A program made the position numbers and the translations under genes. Below the pieces are notes generated by a model. That model saw only the letters and a program-made list of their open reading frames with translations. It searched no databases and was not told where the DNA came from. A DNA stretch of 64,000 nt from Candidatus Eiseniibacteriota bacterium (GTDB lineage Bacteria > Eisenbacteria > RBG-16-71-46): NCBI GenBank assembly GCA_038231135.1, contig JBBRLX010000001.1, positions 160,001 to 224,000 on the forward strand. The letters are read 5' to 3'. Below are positions 17,983-29,437 of the stretch, in pieces (position 1 is the first letter of the stretch; each line of letters starts with the position of its first letter).

Positions 17983-20301
17983 ATGGTGCCAGCGCGGGCC
18001 GCGTTCGCGCGCCGTTCCCCGCGGCGCGTGGTGTTCCACGCGGCGTCGTGCCATGCTGGTGCGGGCCTGCGTGATCGCGACGATCGTGTTCCCCCACCCC
18101 CAGGAGTCGAACCGCTGAATTCCCGCACGCCGCGCCCGACGAAACACGGCACCACCGCCGGGGCCGCGACCGCCCCGCCGCCCGTCGCCGCGGCCGCCGC
18201 GACGATCGACACCACGTCGGAGCGCCCGGGCGGCTGGCTCGCCGCCGGGCTCGCGCTGTCGCTGGTGCTGCTGCTCGCGCACTCGAAGGTCTATGCGTTC
18301 CTCACCGACGACGCGTTCATCTCGTTCCGCTACGCGCGCAATCTCGCGCACGGCTTCGGCCTGGTGTTCAACCCCGGCCTCGAGCGTGTCGAGGGCTACA
18401 GCAATTTCCTGTGGGTGGTGCTGCTCGCGGCGTTCGATCGCCTGGGGCTGGTACCCGAACGTGTGGCGAACGTGCTGTCGTTCACCGCGACCGCCGGGCT
18501 GTGGGCGGTGGTCACCGCGTTCGTGCTGCGCCGCCGGCCCGTGCACCGGCCGTGGCTGGTCCTGGTGGCGCCGCTGGTGCTGGCGTCGATGCGCACCGTG
18601 GCCGTGTGGGCGACGAGCGGGCTCGAGACGCGGCTGTTCGAGTGGTTCGTGGTGGCGGGGGCGCTGCGCCTCGTGACCGAGGTCGAGACGCTGGCCGGCG
18701 GACTGCGGCCGCGCGCCCGGGCCGGCTGGCTGTTCGCGCTCGGGGCCCTCACGCGTCCCGACGGCATCCTGTTCGGGGGCGTGGCGCTCGGCCTCGCCGC
18801 GATCGTGGTCGCGCGGCGGCGCCGTCCGGAATTCGGCTGGCTGGTCGCGAACGTGCTGCCGTTCGCCGCACTCGTCATCGCGCAGTTCGCGTTCCGTCAC
18901 GCCTATTACGGCGCCTGGTGGCCAAACACCTACTACGCGAAGGCCGCGGGCCGCGTGGCGTGGGGGCCGGGGCTCCAGTACGTGGCAGCGTTCGTGCTCG
19001 AATACGCGCTGTGGTTGTGGGTGCCACTGCTGGTGCTGGGCGGGCTGCGGCTGCGCGAGACCGGCCGTGGCTTCATGGCGCTGCTGTTCGCCGTCCTCAT
19101 CGTGCCGCACGCGCTGTGGATCGCGTCGATCGGCGGCGATCATTTCGAGTACCGGCCGTTCGATCTGTACGTGCCGCTGCTCGCGATCCTGCTCTACGAA
19201 GGCGCCGTGCGGGCGTCGAAGCGCATGCCCGTAGCGGGGCTGGCGGCGCTGCTCGCAGGCATCCTCGTGTTCAACCTCGCGCTCGCGACCGCGTCGCACC
19301 GCGACTTCCCGCGCCGGCACATTCCCGGGTTCCCCGGCTCGGTCGTGTCCCAGCCCACCGGCGCCCGGTTCCTCGATCCCGCACGCAATCCGATCTATCG
19401 CTGGCCGGGGCTGTCGGCGATCGCACGGCTGCATCGCGACCTGCTGCGCCGGCTGAGCGTGCAGTTCGTGGGCGTGCGTCAGGAGGAGCACCGGATGTTT
19501 CTCGACCTCGTGCGTCCCGAAGGCCGGGAGCTGCAGGGCCTCGTGGCGCGCGGCATCCTGCCACCCGACACCTACATCGCGATCGACTGCATCGGCGCCA
19601 TTCCCTACGAGTCGGATCTGCGGGTGCTCGACCGGCTCGGGCTCACCGACGCCGCCGTCGCGCATTCGGCCCCGGGGCCCGACCACGTGCTGGCGCACGA
19701 GAAGCGCGCCACCTCCACCTACGCCGCGCAGCGCGGCGTCGACTTCTGGGCGACGAATCGCGTGCACCTGTTGTTTCCGGCCACCGACACCTGGCCGCTC
19801 GAGGCCGCGGGGGAGGGCCAGGGGTTCTGGGCCGCGAACTGCGGCGACGGCTCGTGGATCGTGACGCAGCTCCCGCTGGGCATGGCGGCCACGGCGCCCC
19901 GGTTCCCGCACCTCAAGTTCGTGACGTCGTTCGATCCCACGTTCGTTCCCGGCTACCTCGCGAACGGCATCGCGATGCTGCAGGACAGCGTGGCGCGCGC
20001 CCCGAATCCCGCGGCCCGATTCCAGCTCGCGTCGTATCTCCTGTTCGCGAGCCGGATCCCGGAGGCGCTGCCGCAGCTCGGCCGCTGTGCCGAGGACACC
20101 CCCGACAATCCGCGCGTCTGGTACTACCTTGGCGTTGCCCACCTCAAACTGGGCCAGGCGCCGCTCGCGGTGACCGATCTCGGGCGTGCGCTCGAGCTCG
20201 CGAAGACGGGCGGGCTTGCCGACTTCGTGCCGCAGGTCGAGGCGCTGCTGCAGCAGGCGCGCGGCTCGACGCCGCCGGCCGTGGCTCGCCCCGGCTCCTG
20301 A
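17983..20301 (+). CDS. GT-C-type polytopic glycosyltransferase with C-terminal TPR (start uncertain)
   Basis: DDAFISFRYARNLAHG.GLVFN...RVEGYSNFLW, SGLET, TRPDG, PNTYYAK, GGD, DRLGLTD; TPR-like VWYYLGVAHLKLG. Confidence 0.75.
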   Translation: MVPARAAFARRSPRRVVFHAASCHAGAGLRDRDDRVPPPPGVEPLNSRTPRPTKHGTTAGAATAPPPVAAAAATIDTTSERPGGWLAAGLALSLVLLLAHSKVYAFLTDDAFISFRYARNLAHGFGLVFNPGLERVEGYSNFLWVVLLAAFDRLGLVPERVANVLSFTATAGLWAVVTAFVLRRRPVHRPWLVLVAPLVLASMRTVAVWATSGLETRLFEWFVVAGALRLVTEVETLAGGLRPRARAGWLFALGALTRPDGILFGGVALGLAAIVVARRRRPEFGWLVANVLPFAALVIAQFAFRHAYYGAWWPNTYYAKAAGRVAWGPGLQYVAAFVLEYALWLWVPLLVLGGLRLRETGRGFMALLFAVLIVPHALWIASIGGDHFEYRPFDLYVPLLAILLYEGAVRASKRMPVAGLAALLAGILVFNLALATASHRDFPRRHIPGFPGSVVSQPTGARFLDPARNPIYRWPGLSAIARLHRDLLRRLSVQFVGVRQEEHRMFLDLVRPEGRELQGLVARGILPPDTYIAIDCIGAIPYESDLRVLDRLGLTDAAVAHSAPGPDHVLAHEKRATSTYAAQRGVDFWATNRVHLLFPATDTWPLEAAGEGQGFWAANCGDGSWIVTQLPLGMAATAPRFPHLKFVTSFDPTFVPGYLANGIAMLQDSVARAPNPAARFQLASYLLFASRIPEALPQLGRCAEDTPDNPRVWYYLGVAHLKLGQAPLAVTDLGRALELAKTGGLADFVPQVEALLQQARGSTPPAVARPGS

Positions 20302-20459
20302 CGCAACTTCCGCCCTGCGAGTGATTTGCGATGTCGACCTAGCGTGGAACGCGAGTCCGCGTCAGCGCCCCCGGGTGTTGAGGGCGTTTTCCGGCGTGTG
20401 ATAGCTTGCGAGGCTCGGTCAGCCGTTTCGGCTCACCGAACTTCCCTTTGGAGGCATCG

Positions 20460-23102
<2,643 letters not shown>

Positions 23103-23163
23103 TGTTGCTCTTGCCGCTCGCGGCGCCGAACACCGAGATCCACCATCGCGAGGACGGGACCCC

Positions 23164-23679
23164 ATGCAGAAGATCGTGACGTTCCTGTGGTTCGACGACA
23201 ACGCCGAAACGGCGATGAACTTCTACACGTCGGTGTTTCCGAACTCACGCATCGTGAGTGTGCGCCGCTACGGCGATGCCGGCCCCGGCGCGAAGGGCAG
23301 CGTCATGACCGGCACGTTCGAACTCCATGGCCAGCAGTTCATGGCCCTGAACGCCGGCCCCAGGTTCAAGTTCAACGAGGCCATCTCGCTGATGGTGAAC
23401 TGCGAGACCCAGGCCGAGGTGGATGACCTGTGGGCGAAGCTGACCGCCGACGGCGGCCAGGAGAGCCAGTGCGGCTGGCTCAAGGACAAGTTCGGGCTGT
23501 CATGGCAGATCATTCCGACGGCGCTGGGCAATTACCTCGGCGACTTGGACCCCGCGAGGGCGCAGCGGGCGGTACAGGCGATGCTGGGGATGAAGAAGAT
23601 AGACATCGAGGGGTTGCGGAAGGCGGCGGAGGGGGAAGCGGAGGAGCCCCATCGTGGGACTCCTCCGCTCCTACGCTAG
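23164..23679 (+). CDS. VOC/PhnB-like (3-dmu-9_3-mt family) protein
   Basis: MQKIVTFLWFD, FMALNAGP, CGWLKDKFGLSWQI. Confidence 0.92.
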   Translation: MQKIVTFLWFDDNAETAMNFYTSVFPNSRIVSVRRYGDAGPGAKGSVMTGTFELHGQQFMALNAGPRFKFNEAISLMVNCETQAEVDDLWAKLTADGGQESQCGWLKDKFGLSWQIIPTALGNYLGDLDPARAQRAVQAMLGMKKIDIEGLRKAAEGEAEEPHRGTPPLLR

Positions 23680-23692
23680 CTGCCGTTGAGTG

Positions 23693-24523
23693 CTACGCCG
23701 TTCCCACGCGGCGACGCGACACGTAGAACAGTCCGCCGCACGCCAGCAGAGCGGCGAGCAGCCCCATTCCCCAGGTCGACAACGCCGGCAGCGCCACCGC
23801 GAATACGGCGTCGTTGAATGTCGTCGCGACGCCGACGTTGTCCACGATCTCGGTGATGGTGGCCCCGGCGGGCGTCGACTGGCGGAGGGCAATCGAGGCG
23901 AGGGGCTTCCCGACCACGGTTGCGCTGGTGCTCACGATCGGAGAGTCCTCCGAGCTGGACGGATTGACCCACAGCTTCGAGGTGCCGGTGATCGCGTCGT
24001 ACGACACCACGATGCGGTAGGGCACCCCGATCGTGAGGCCGGAACCCCAGCGTATCGTGGGAGTGGTGACCAGGGCGCCCGCGGCGATGCCGAGGTCGAA
24101 GTCTCCACCGGCGGTCGGCGGACCGATCCAGATTCGTGTCACGAACCCATTGGTGTCGGGTGCCGCTGGCCGAAAGTGGGCGAAGTAGTCCTGGGCCGAG
24201 CCGATCGTGGTACCCGGCGCGATGCGGAGGGTGAACGATGCGAACGTCGAATCGGTGGCGGCCCGGGTCGTGAACGGCCGGTTGTCGTCCTCACCGGACC
24301 CTGTGCTCTGAACCACGTAGGCGAGGCCGTTGTTGATCTGAATCGCCTTGACTCCAGGGGCGCTGTGCGCGGACCAGCCACCCTGGCCGTTCAGATTTCC
24401 ATTGGGATAGCTGAACGAGTCCTGGAGCAGCGTCGTCGCCTGTGAAGCTCGCGGCGCAAGGGATGCCGCTAGCAGTCCGGCGGATACAACGGCGAGTAGC
24501 AATCTGGAACGTGAGGGCATCAT
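23693..24523 (-). CDS. Secreted Thr-rich beta-sandwich protein with IPTL-CTERM-like sorting signal
   Basis: Signal peptide; DSFSYPNGNLNGQGGW; C-terminus LPALSTWGMGLLAALLACGGLFYVSRRR; SD GGAGG. Confidence 0.8.
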   Translation of the reverse strand: MMPSRSRLLLAVVSAGLLAASLAPRASQATTLLQDSFSYPNGNLNGQGGWSAHSAPGVKAIQINNGLAYVVQSTGSGEDDNRPFTTRAATDSTFASFTLRIAPGTTIGSAQDYFAHFRPAAPDTNGFVTRIWIGPPTAGGDFDLGIAAGALVTTPTIRWGSGLTIGVPYRIVVSYDAITGTSKLWVNPSSSEDSPIVSTSATVVGKPLASIALRQSTPAGATITEIVDNVGVATTFNDAVFAVALPALSTWGMGLLAALLACGGLFYVSRRRVGTA

Positions 24524-24679
24524 GTGTGGGGCCTCCGATTCGACGCGGGTTGCGAGCTGCGACGCGGTTGCTGCCATACCACATCCTAAGTATCCCCGGG
24601 GCCAATTATCAAGGAATTGTTTGGAAAACTTCACGAAATGATCAAATAGACACGCGAGCGGCTTCGGAAATACCGGCGT

Positions 24680-24873
24680 GGATCGTGCACCAGGATCCCG
24701 GGTTTGCGGACTACGCCGGGGGCGACCTGAGCCTGACGGACGGATCGCCGGCGATCGACAGTGGTACGTCGTCGGTGGATCAGTGGCCCGCCACCGACAT
24801 GCTGAACCGCCCTCGCGGAACGTCACCGGGTATGGGTCGACGCGGCCATCGTCATAGGTCGGTGTCCAGGTGA
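24680..24873 (+). pseudogene. Fragment of a choice-of-anchor-Q-like C-terminal module
   Basis: DPGFADYAGGDLSLTDGSPAIDSG...PATDMLNRPR without a credible N-terminal part. Confidence 0.5.
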
Positions 24874-25001
24874 ACGTGCCGCTGGATCCGTCGTGAACGC
24901 GGCATCACTCCCCGCCGGAATCACCACCGGCCGGTTCGTCGTGGTCAATTGAGAACGGCTCGCGCCCTCGGCGCCGACGCAACGGCGCTTCAGCGGGCTC
25001 T

Positions 25002-26864
25002 TCATGACGGGGGGACTCGTGGGTTGGTGGTGGTCGATGCGCCGCTGCGACCGCGCTCCAATCCGCGACGTGTGTATGTGGCGAGAATCGTGCGTCGAGA
25101 GAGCATCCCAACGATCTTGTCTCCGCCATTCGACTCCACGACGGGCAACTCGTCCATGTCGCCGGCATCAAGGCGAGCCAGAGCGAGATCCAGACCGTCT
25201 CCCGGAGCAACGATTTGAGGTGGCATGGCGAGGTCGTGAGCGATCAGCGGCAACCGGCCGGGATGGCGATCGAGAAGCTCCTGGATCTGGCCGCTGGAGA
25301 TGGTGCCCGTTACGTGGCCCTCATCATCGACGACCGGCAGGCAGGATTGCCGCGAGCGGGACATCGTCCGCACTACGTCGGCAAGCGGGGCGTTGGGCGG
25401 CACGGTCGCAACGGCTCTGGTTTCCATGACCTCGCCCGCACGAAAGCTTCCGAGCACCCACTCGCGTAGCGCGGCCCAGTGCGCGGGCGAGTGAAGGCGT
25501 GACGGTACCTGGCTGCGGTAAAGGGTCCAGCGACGGCCAACGAGATACGCCACGGCGCAGACCCAGAGGGCGGGGAGCAGGAGTTCATAATTGCCCGTCA
25601 TCTCCGAGACCATGACCAACGTGGAGATCGGCGTATTTGCCGCTGCAGCGAAGAATCCTGCCATGCCGACGGCCACGAATGCGCCGGGCTGAGTGACGAT
25701 CTGGGGCATCACCTGATGTGCCAGCATTCCAATGGCGCCGCCCAATGTCCCGCCGATCACCATGGAGGGCCCGAACACGCCGCCCGATCCGCCGGAGCCG
25801 ATGGAGAACGAGGTCGTCAGCATCTTCCCGACCGCGAGCCCGAGCAGCAGCAGAATCGGGAGATGGCCATCGAGGGCCTGCTGGATCGACCCGTAGCCGA
25901 ACGCGAGTACGTCGAGCACCCGTACGTCACGCGACACCGCGTAGGCCGCCAGCGCGAGCGATCCCGTCGCGAGACCGCCCAGCGCCGGCCGCCAGATCGG
26001 CGGCACGGGCAGTCGCCGGGAGAACTCGTGAACGCCGTAGAACAGCCGAACGAACAGGCCTGCTGCGAGAGCCACGACGACGGCCAGCACGGTGTAGGGC
26101 ACGAGCTCGAATGCCGAGTGGAAGCTGAAGTGCGGGGTCGCAAACAGACTTCCGAAGCCGAACTTCAGCGAGAACACGCAATAGGCAATGATGCTCGACA
26201 GCGCCGCCGGAATGATGACGTCGGATTCGAATTCGGGATCCGAATACAACACCTCCGCGGCAAACAGCGCCCCCGCGAGTGGCGCGCGAAATATGCTGCC
26301 GACCCCCGCCCCGACGCCCGCGGCGAGCAGTACTCGGCGACTGCTTTCGGAGAGTCCGAGCCGCGTCGCCAGGAACGATCCGAACCCGGCTCCGATTTGA
26401 GCGATCGGGCCTTCACGGCCACCCGACCCACCGGATCCGAGCGTAATGGCCGAGGCGATGCTCTTGACGAACGGAATGCGCCCCCGAATGATCCCGCCCC
26501 GACGGTGGAACGACTCGACCGCTTCGTCCGTGCCATGTCCTGCTGCTTCCGGAGCGAAGCGTTGGACGATGATTCCCGTCACGAGTCCGCCGACCGCCGG
26601 CACGAGGGGAAGCAACCAGGGGCGGAGCGCCGTGGTCGAGGCTCCGAACAGCGCGTGCTCACCCGGTGGCCCCGGCTGGGAATAACCCACCAGCGTTCCC
26701 AGCAGGAAGTGCTGGGTGACCTGACACATCGTCTGAAAGACGATGGCGCCCAGGCCAGCCACGACACCCACGAGCGAGCTCAGGGCCAGGACGCGCCCCA
26801 CCACGTGCAACTCGAGATCTTCGAGTTGGCTCGAGAAGCGTTCGAGAGGTCCCGCGGTGGTCAT
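25002..26864 (-). CDS. ClC-family chloride channel/antiporter with CBS pair
   Basis: GHGTD, GSGGSGGREGP, FRAPLAG, GGVFGP, EMTGNY, C-terminal CBS domains. Confidence 0.95.
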   Translation of the reverse strand: MTTAGPLERFSSQLEDLELHVVGRVLALSSLVGVVAGLGAIVFQTMCQVTQHFLLGTLVGYSQPGPPGEHALFGASTTALRPWLLPLVPAVGGLVTGIIVQRFAPEAAGHGTDEAVESFHRRGGIIRGRIPFVKSIASAITLGSGGSGGREGPIAQIGAGFGSFLATRLGLSESSRRVLLAAGVGAGVGSIFRAPLAGALFAAEVLYSDPEFESDVIIPAALSSIIAYCVFSLKFGFGSLFATPHFSFHSAFELVPYTVLAVVVALAAGLFVRLFYGVHEFSRRLPVPPIWRPALGGLATGSLALAAYAVSRDVRVLDVLAFGYGSIQQALDGHLPILLLLGLAVGKMLTTSFSIGSGGSGGVFGPSMVIGGTLGGAIGMLAHQVMPQIVTQPGAFVAVGMAGFFAAAANTPISTLVMVSEMTGNYELLLPALWVCAVAYLVGRRWTLYRSQVPSRLHSPAHWAALREWVLGSFRAGEVMETRAVATVPPNAPLADVVRTMSRSRQSCLPVVDDEGHVTGTISSGQIQELLDRHPGRLPLIAHDLAMPPQIVAPGDGLDLALARLDAGDMDELPVVESNGGDKIVGMLSRRTILATYTRRGLERGRSGASTTTNPRVPPS

Positions 26865-27559
26865 GACTGGCCGGCCGATCTGCGTTTCGGCGGTTCAGGC
26901 CCGGAAGGCCGCCGGTGGATTGGCAAGTCCTTCATTGACGGGTGTTTCAGACGAGTCCGAATGCGGGCGAGGGCCGCCTTGTCCTTCTGCAGCTTCGTCT
27001 CGCCCGGCCACCGCCTGATCACCCCCTCGGTCCGGTCCGCCCAGTCCCGCATCATGGTGGCATGGCTCCAGAGAAAATCGAATACCAGGCCACGCACATG
27101 CAGTTGACTCTGAAACGGCGCGGTCCCGGCCAGGTACTCCTCACCGACGACGCGACCCGTCGCGAGTATCGCATCCGCGTCGGCTCGAACCTGCGCCAGC
27201 GCGGCATCAAGCTGCTTTGCGGTGGAGAAATCCGCCAGGAAAATGCGCAGCAACGGCTCGCACTCGAGCGCCATTGGCTGCGGCTGAGTCCGAAGCCACT
27301 GCCGAACGACTCGCTTACCGGCGGGGGTGATCGAGTAAATACTGCGTGCCTGCGTCCCACCGGGAGCGATGCGGCGCCTGGCGCGCGCCCAGCCCTGGCG
27401 AACGAGCCATTTCGCCTGGTCGTAGATCCCACTCTCTGCGCGCGGCCAGAAGAACCGCATGTTGCGGCGCAGTTGCTTGGTGACATCGTAGATGGCCCAC
27501 TCCGAGCGCAGACAGAGCAGTCCGAGGATTGCGTTTGCAGTGGTCGCGGTTCGTCTCAC
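26861..27559 (-). CDS. PadR-family transcriptional regulator (start uncertain)
   Basis: AILGLL, FFWPRAESGIY, YSITPAG; stop overlaps the ClC start. Confidence 0.85.
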   Translation of the reverse strand: MRRTATTANAILGLLCLRSEWAIYDVTKQLRRNMRFFWPRAESGIYDQAKWLVRQGWARARRRIAPGGTQARSIYSITPAGKRVVRQWLRTQPQPMALECEPLLRIFLADFSTAKQLDAALAQVRADADAILATGRVVGEEYLAGTAPFQSQLHVRGLVFDFLWSHATMMRDWADRTEGVIRRWPGETKLQKDKAALARIRTRLKHPSMKDLPIHRRPSGPEPPKRRSAGQS

Positions 27560-27630
27560 GGCAGCCGGCTCTCGGTTGAGGGCGCGTCGTTTCCTCTTGG
27601 ATGGGGCAGAAGCATATTCTTGGCTAACTG

Positions 27631-27643
27631 CTCCACTGTGGAG
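27631..27643. promoter_or_regulatory. Palindrome, candidate PadR operator
   Basis: CTCCAC-T-GTGGAG in the region upstream of padR. Confidence 0.4.
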
Positions 27644-27841
27644 TAGCCACCCTAACACGCTAACAGCCTGTGGGCGAGCAGGAGTCTCGATGCCGATCGC
27701 TCGAATCTTCGAGGCAAAGGACTGGACTCTCGCGCCGCACGAGGTCATGACCCGTCGCAAGTAGTGCCGGTGTGGATCGCGTATTCCTCGAAGCCATTGC
27801 CAATTTCCGAGTTCGCGGGGCGGGTAGTGACGAATACGGCA

Positions 27842-29437
27842 TTACGGCTGCTTCGGCGCCCACACGAAGTTCGGCCGCGTGCGGTACCCGGTGATCGGCC
27901 AGAACAACTCGCCCTCGGTGTTCCCGAACATCTGTGCCGCGTGGTCGTAATAGGGCTCGGTCTCGTCCTTGAGCCAGCCGGTGTCGTCCAGGATCACGAG
28001 GTCATACCGGTGTTCGCGCAGCGCGGCACGCAGCGCGTCCATGAGCTTGCGATGCTGCGGAGTATCGCCGGGGCGCAGCACGTCGGTGAGCGAGAGTTCG
28101 TGCGCGTAGGACGTCTTGCCGGCCATCTCGGCGAGGTAGGGATGGCTCGGGATCCACACGTCGCCGGGCACGCGCCTCAGGCTCTCCACGAACTGCCGGC
28201 CCGCGACCAGGTCGGCGGCGGGCGGCAGTTGCCGCCACGGCTTGTAGGCGCACAGCGCGAACTGGACGAGGCACAGCACCACGACGAACCGCTCGAGCCC
28301 ACGGCCGCGGGCGGGAAGCGCGCCGGCGAAGTCGAGCAGCGCGCCGAGCCCCCAGCCGAGCGCGAGCGCCGCGGCGAAATGCGCGGGCATCAACAGATTC
28401 GTGAAGCCGCCCACGCGGATCCGGGTGGCGTACGCGGTGAGGATCAGGCTCGCGAGCAGCACGGCGTCGACGGCATCGCGCCGCCGGGTCTCGTGCCGCG
28501 TCACGCAGAACCGGAACAGGCCGATCGCGAGCGAGATCGCGAACGTGCCGAGCAGGTCCGACGTCCAGAAGCCGCGCAGCAGTTGCGGAATGATCGGATG
28601 GTGCCGGGGCAGCTCGAACACGTAGAACCGGTACCAGCCACCGGACGCGGCATCGAGCGCGAGCGATGCGCCGCCCGCGACGGCGGCGACCACCGCGGTG
28701 AACGCCACGCCGCGCTTCCAATCGGCAACGAGCAGCGCCAGGGCCACCGGCAGCGCGATGAACAGCGCCGACTGCTTGGTGAGCGCCGCGAGCGCGAACG
28801 CTAGCCCGCCGAGCGCGCCCGCGAGCCACGGGCGTTCCAGACGCACCAGCCAGACGCCGGCGGCCATGAACATCAGGTACATCGAATCCACGCGCGCGAG
28901 GTCGAGCCACGCGCCGCCTTCGCGATAGCTGGCCGCGAACAGGCAGGCGGCGAGCACGGCGGGCAGCGTGCGCCGGGTGTCGCCCCGGACGATCAGGAAC
29001 GTGAACGTGAGCACGCCGAGCGAGCACACGAACGACAACAGCCGCAGCGGCACGAACCCCACGCCCAGCAACTTCGATAGTGCGGCGCCGGCGTAGAAAT
29101 ACAACGGTGGGTAGGTGAATGGCGTGAACGCGAGCGATGGTTCCACGTAGAGCGGCTGGCCCGCGAGGATGCGATGGATGTGGCCGAGTGTGCCGCCTTC
29201 CATCCACTCCAGCTCGAACGGATAGCCCATGCGCATGATCGCGACGGCCATGTAGGCGATGGGGTAGAGCGCCGCGAGGGCGACGATCACGCCCCACAGC
29301 CGCGACGCGCCGCGGTCCGCAGGCGCCGCGGTGGTTGCGGACTGCGGGGCATCGCCGGGCGCCGCGCCCCGCGCGGGCGCGGCCGTAACCGGGGCCGAGT
29401 GCGCCTCGCGCGAGGGACCCTGCCGTGACTTCGCCAT
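27842..29437 (-). CDS. GT-C (PMT/ArnT-like) membrane glycosyltransferase, paralog B
   Basis: YPFELEWMEG, YPPLYF, DLARVD, TKQS, about 11 TM segments. Confidence 0.8.
   Translation of the reverse strand: MAKSRQGPSREAHSAPVTAAPARGAAPGDAPQSATTAAPADRGASRLWGVIVALAALYPIAYMAVAIMRMGYPFELEWMEGGTLGHIHRILAGQPLYVEPSLAFTPFTYPPLYFYAGAALSKLLGVGFVPLRLLSFVCSLGVLTFTFLIVRGDTRRTLPAVLAACLFAASYREGGAWLDLARVDSMYLMFMAAGVWLVRLERPWLAGALGGLAFALAALTKQSALFIALPVALALLVADWKRGVAFTAVVAAVAGGASLALDAASGGWYRFYVFELPRHHPIIPQLLRGFWTSDLLGTFAISLAIGLFRFCVTRHETRRRDAVDAVLLASLILTAYATRIRVGGFTNLLMPAHFAAALALGWGLGALLDFAGALPARGRGLERFVVVLCLVQFALCAYKPWRQLPPAADLVAGRQFVESLRRVPGDVWIPSHPYLAEMAGKTSYAHELSLTDVLRPGDTPQHRKLMDALRAALREHRYDLVILDDTGWLKDETEPYYDHAAQMFGNTEGELFWPITGYRTRPNFVWAPKQP

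Noticed and set aside
20302..20459. T-box riboswitch upstream of valS
   Set aside because: Leader is short; no T-box motif or terminator seen
26500..26560. GHGTD in place of GSGIP in ClC
   Set aside because: Common variant in CBS-containing prokaryotic ClCs; gating Glu retained
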